The notes below the pieces were generated by a model, which did no database searches, was not told the DNA's origin, and saw only the letters and a program-made list of their open reading frames with translations. The translations under genes and the position numbers were made by a program. Shown piece after piece: positions 60,401 to 64,000 of a DNA stretch of 64,000 nt (its first letter is position 1; the number at the start of each line of letters is the position of its first letter). This DNA comes from Rebecca billardiae RCC1528 (lineage: Eukaryota > Protista > Haptophyta), in the NCBI GenBank assembly GCA_965240325.2, contig OZ251224.1:2604001-2668000 (forward strand), given 5' to 3'.

Positions 60401-60759
60401 TCCCGAGCGCGCCACCGCCGCCCTCGCCCGACTCGGGCAGCGCAGGTGACGACGACGACGACGACGACGACGACTCTCCGAGTGGCGCTGCGAATGGCCC
60501 CGCCCAGCGCGCCCCGGCCACCGTCTCGCTGGCGGCGTTGCGTGGCGAGGACATTGCCCTGATCGCAGGCCTGGGCGCTGCCGCCCTGCTCAGCGTCGTG
60601 CTGTGCGCGTGTGCGGCGGTGTACTGCGTGCGCACGCACCGCACTCCAATGATTGCCAGCAAGCTGCGCCGCCCCGCGGAACTGGGCGGCGCTGCTGCCG
60701 CTGCTACTCTACGACTACAGATCCAGAGGGCTGGCAGCCGCGCGACCAGCAGTGCCTGA
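57451..60759 (+). CDS. Type-I membrane subtilisin-like S8 protease (proteinase K subfamily) with I9 prodomain, Pro-rich linkers and two PPC-like modules
   Basis: Signal peptide, PWGLDRIDQ, triad IDTG / HGSHVAG / GTSMAAPH, oxyanion AAGN, duplicated TCGS..DT.LR...DD modules and a C-terminal TM helix. Confidence 0.93.
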   Translation: MWMPPMSRWCARLALVMCAAAAAPSADETSDKRSSRYIVRFGPSAQAGRKGQLADARRRVAVEHEFSRVMHGVSARLTPVEKAQFEAMGASVYKDAAIHAPPSTPADAEEARPLGEHASILSSLPWGLDRIDQPSLPLDGVYSTPADGSGVHIYVIDTGINGAHSEWAGRVGVGRDLVDNDDDPSDCNGHGSHVAGVALGTTYGVARNATLHGVRVLDCAGAGFASTTIAALEWVLTQPADSARIVVISLVATFSSPLNAAVDAAVAAGVSVVVAAGNGARNACYHSPASASGAITVGYSTSADRRGVFSNYGSCVALYAPGDAVLSAWVGGPQSALQRTGTSMAAPHVAGVLAQHAAALGPGATPSELRSRVLAAAVQGHLSRLPAPEVGLLLQAYQHSPPPSPPAPPSPPSPPPAPPAPPAPPSLPACARARLSCDAAVSGSTWDAPHTHGQPSGEHWYLVDGSGPLTLHTCGSSIDTWLRLWSACPGDGGVELASDDNGYLGGGGSEFDACSTASKLSRTFVKGEALLAMVEGWGSIEGLYTLTMSGCIPPSPPPPAPPAPPAPPPSPPAPPPTPPPSPPPPPPPVPPPPSAPPSAPPPPPPTPPPGAPPALPPRPPPSPPPPPRTEPFPPPSPPSMPPSAPPSAPPPSPPSPPPPSPPPPSPPPQPSLPPSPPPPPPPRPPSPPSPPPPRSPPSPPSMPPPPPSSLPPSPPASPSPPPSAPPPPCFAAGVLNVGGGALACGAVVSGDTSGSAAGSTAFGHASPEHVFSIVVSESAAVSIDTCGSAFDTFLRVFERCPRDAGAELERDDDSGCGTAARLTFSAQAGRPYLVLLEGFGDSAAGAYELRVSCAAEGEADAPAEDDGSDADAVAALVRGSLQLDAEPDEWVAGAAGAAEKWDGLAGAIASVVDVAGADVTITGVTGGSVVVDFEIRARDDGDGQPSKLVAKLEAGAAELAQRVQASTGVAVLGGGMVQGLHVVIPSAPPPPSPDSGSAGDDDDDDDDDSPSGAANGPAQRAPATVSLAALRGEDIALIAGLGAAALLSVVLCACAAVYCVRTHRTPMIASKLRRPAELGGAAAAATLRLQIQRAGSRATSSA
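59105..59635 (+). repeat. Extensin-like Ser/Ala-Pro(n) coding low-complexity tract
   Basis: PPSPPPP repeats within the subtilase. Confidence 0.9.
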
Positions 60760-61527
60760 CGAGTGTTCTGACGCTCGCGCTCAGCACAGTCCTAATAAGC
60801 GGCATGTGCACATGAGCTAGACTGTCATGCACTGCCTCTGGGCCCGCCACCGTGGCCGCAGCATCATCGATGAGTGATGAGTGAGTCAACGCGGCCCACC
60901 GCAGTGAGTGCAGTGACCGCTCAGAGTCAGAGTCAGACCGGCAGGTCGCAGAGCAGTGCGGCACCGAGTCCGACTGACACTACGGTATGAGTGCTGACTA
61001 CGGGCGACCCACAGTGCTAGCAGCTACTCCGGGCGCCCCGCGCGGGCCGCTGCTGTGACTCCGCCGGCTGCCGAGTGCCGACACCAAACCCAGGCCCCGG
61101 CCCCGGGCCGCCCGCGGGCCGCCGTGCCCGCCAGCACCCGGCCGGCGGCCGGCGCCGCGGTCCGAGCAGTCACTGTCAGTAGTCATCAAGTCTGTCACAC
61201 AGACACAGTTGCTCGGACTGTAGTCTCACTCACTCACTCATTCTTACTCTTAGCAGCGCATCAAGGCCGTAACGATTGACTCTGACGACTATGACTTGCT
61301 GCTTACTTAACTGCTGATGCTTATTATTGATGATGGTACTGACTACTGCCCCGTGCCCTGACTACTCATTCTGGCGCCGATTACGATACTCCGAGTACTC
61401 GGGGCGGATGAGTACTCCGAGACCTAGGCACTCAGGCAGTGTCGTCAAACTCATCACAGACACAGTGCTGACCAGGAGCCTGATCCATTGTTGACGGAGT
61501 GGCTGACGGCCACTGCGACCATTGTCA

Positions 61528-62226
61528 TCATCGTCGCGGGCTGTGGCCGCTGCTGCTGTGGGACCCGCAGCTGCCGCTGTGACTAGTGTGAGTGTGATTT
61601 CCACCGCCGCGCAGCAGCCCCTGATTCTCGTTGTCCGGCAGGACATACGACGGGGGCTCGACGAGGTAGCTCGACTCGAACGCCATGCTGGGGCTGGGCG
61701 GGTGCAGCTCGCGCGGGGTGCCGGGGTCGAACTGGATTTCGCTCGTGCTCGCCGTGCCGTGGTTGAGGTTCTTGACGAACACCACCAGCCGGAGCATCTG
61801 TGCAAAGTAGCGGAGAATCACGACAATCTCGGCGGCGACGGCTTCGATCTTCTCCGAGAGGGAGAGGCCGTTGGTGTACAGCGTGAGCGTGAAGATGCAG
61901 ATCGCGAACACGCCGATGTCGAAGAGGTTTGAGTAGTGCCTGCAGAAAGCGCGCCCCTGCGCCATTGCGCGCACGGCAATCTCGACTGCGAGGGCGGTGG
62001 TGATGCACACGTCCAGGGCCAGGACGAGCATGGATCTCTCCGTGACGAAGAGTAGCATCACTACCAACAGCGTGTTCAGCAGAATCAGCACGGCATAAAA
62101 TGCCTGGTACTCGCGCGAGTACAGCAGCCGGTTGCCGATGATCATCAACATCTCAGACAACGTGGGCGTGTGGTCGGGGTGCTCATCGGTCGAGATGGAG
62201 AGGCTCACACGGACCCCTTCCTGCAT
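61528..62226 (-). CDS. Stand-alone voltage-sensor-domain (S1-S4) membrane protein (~232 aa)
   Basis: Four TM helices: S1 YAVLILLN, S2 EIAVR, S3 SNLFDI, S4 [15 protein letters not shown]; no pore domain follows. Confidence 0.8.
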   Translation of the reverse strand: MQEGVRVSLSISTDEHPDHTPTLSEMLMIIGNRLLYSREYQAFYAVLILLNTLLVVMLLFVTERSMLVLALDVCITTALAVEIAVRAMAQGRAFCRHYSNLFDIGVFAICIFTLTLYTNGLSLSEKIEAVAAEIVVILRYFAQMLRLVVFVKNLNHGTASTSEIQFDPGTPRELHPPSPSMAFESSYLVEPPSYVLPDNENQGLLRGGGNHTHTSHSGSCGSHSSSGHSPRR

Positions 62227-62555
62227 GGCTGGCGCCTCGCCCGGGCACACCGCGCGAGGGGGCTCGCCCGAAGCAGGAGCCTGCGCCGCGATCGTGCTGT
62301 GCTGTGTCGTCGCCGCGCGTCGCGGGCTGCTGGGTGCTCGCGCAGCACCCGTCCTGTTCTCGCCGGTGCGCAGCCGGCCACCCCGGCAAAAAGGCGCAAA
62401 GAAGCCATGCGGACGCGGGGATTCTTTCATTTCTTTGTTGTTGGGATCAGCATGGCCGCCGTCGTCCACGGATGCATGCTGTCCTGCTCGCCCCACGACG
62501 GGCAGAGTCTACAACGAGGTGGCATCTAGACAGGCACGACGGCATCAGATCTGTG

Positions 62556-63855
62556 TCATGCATTCCCTAAGATCTTCTTGATGATCTTGACGAGCGAGTC
62601 GACGCCGGTCAAGTAGCCGTCCTCGTCTGTGCCCTGCTTCCACGCGGCGCGGTGCGTCAGCTTGCGGCTGTCGGCGACGCGGTGTGAGTGGGCGAAGTCG
62701 ATCATCTTCACCTCGAGCGCCGCGGGGCTCGTGATCGAGATCAGGTCCTCCGCGCTGCCGCCTTGCTTGATGAGCTTGGCGTGCGCGTCGTGGTCGTACA
62801 CGATCAGAATCGACGAGCGCACAAACGCGTGCTTGTGGAAGAAGGTCGAGCGCTCGAGCGCGCTGCGCATGTGCTCGAGCTTGATGAGCACCGCCTTGAG
62901 CAGCACGGGCGACGCCTGGAAGAACGTCTCCATCGTCTTTACGACCTGCGCCTCGTCCTTGAGCGCGCGGAAGTTCACGTCGATCGGCTGCCGCTTCTTG
63001 CCCTTGTCCTTTGAGATCATCGCCGCGTCGATCCGGAAGCCGAGGGTGGAGGTGGAGGTGAGCGTGTCGCGGTAGCGCAGGTAGCGCACCTTCGTCACGC
63101 CCCCGGCCGCCCGCTCCTCGGCCTTCGCCTCGTTCTTGTCGATCGCGTCCTGCGCGCGCGCGGGCGTGCGTGGCACAGGGCGGGAGTGCACGGCGCGGGT
63201 GAGAGCGCGCTGCGCCGCGCGCCGCCTGCGCACGGCCGCGGCCGCAGCGCACCATCTTCTTGAGGAGGTCCGGGCGCGGCGTCTTGTCGCTCAGCTCGGC
63301 CTCCAGCACCGTGCGCGTGCCCATCTTGATATCCATCACGCACGGCGACGACATCCCGGCGGTGAGGTCCTGCACGAGCACGCTGACCGAGTGCTCGAGG
63401 TCGATGTCGTGCTCGCTCCGCGTCTCGGAGCGGCCGGTGAGCGCCTGCGCGCGCGCGTTCGCGTCGCTGTCCGCGTCCTGCAGGCCGTAGAGGATGGGCG
63501 CGTACGAGGAGACGTCCGAGGCGGAGAAGGCCTTGTAGAACTCGTACTCCTCCTGCGACGTCTTCTTCACCAGCGTCGTCTGCCCCGCGCGGCGCAGCGT
63601 GCCCTCGTGCCCCGCCACCTGCATGAGCGGCGTGATCGCGTCCTGAATGTCCTGGTCAGTGACCTGCACGCGCACGTTAGGCTGAGCGGCGAGCGGCTGC
63701 TTGTCGTTCTTGGTGAGCCACGCGTTGAGCCGGAGCTGGTTGAGCGTCATGCGCTGGTCGCTCGCCTTCGTCAGCATCGCGCTGATCAGCGCCTTGAGCC
63801 CGTCGCTCACCTTGGCCTTGCTGTCCTTTGGCTGCTCCACCACTGGCGGACATCT
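62556..63855 (-). CDS. 3' part of a Ser/Thr kinase - inositol polyphosphate kinase fusion; exons 63855-63253 and 63149-62556; 5' end lies outside the window
   Basis: Kinase subdomain XI (LKALISAMLTK...QRMTLNQLRLNAWL) in frame with IPK motifs PCVMDIKMG, LGFRID, SSILIVYD and MIDFAH. Confidence 0.85.
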
Positions 63856-64000
63856 CTGCGCGGCGCGCGGCGCGCAGTGCGGCGGCGGGTCGCGCCAGGC
63901 GCGGGCGCGCCGCGGGCGGGAGAGGCCGTGAGCGCGCGCCAGGCGTGCGCCGGGCCGCGCGGGCTTGGCGAGGGCCGGCCGTCGCGCGCCGCCGCGCGCC

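Overview
Eukaryotic, very GC-rich nuclear DNA with short GC-rich spliceosomal introns (typically GTGCGC...CGCAG). Gene content and style suggest a flagellated alga with a complex plastid, possibly a haptophyte (inference). Host genes: signal-peptide beta-carbonic anhydrase, SEC31, a degenerate IGPS-like protein, a Zn-finger/TM2 protein, AK7, a glycoside-hydrolase-like beta-propeller, PP4R3/SMEK, a sulfotransferase-like protein, an F-box-like protein, a membrane-anchored subtilase, a stand-alone voltage-sensor protein and the 3' end of a protein kinase-inositol polyphosphate kinase fusion. The main feature is an apparently intact 17,766-bp Mutator-like (MULE) transposon at 17158-34923, with 489-bp TIRs and a perfect 9-bp TSD (TAAACTGTA). 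It carries two convergent giant genes. One is a ~3,600-aa protein joining a 2OG-Fe(II) dioxygenase-like domain, a MuDR-type Zn-finger, a DDE transposase, SWIM, PHD, HhH and a dead-plus-intact pair of OTU protease domains. The other is a repeat-rich accessory protein. Also notable: five paralogous two-exon, leaderless C-type-lectin-domain genes sharing an upstream motif, and a 900-bp foldback MITE. All calls come from reading motifs by eye; no database searches were run.
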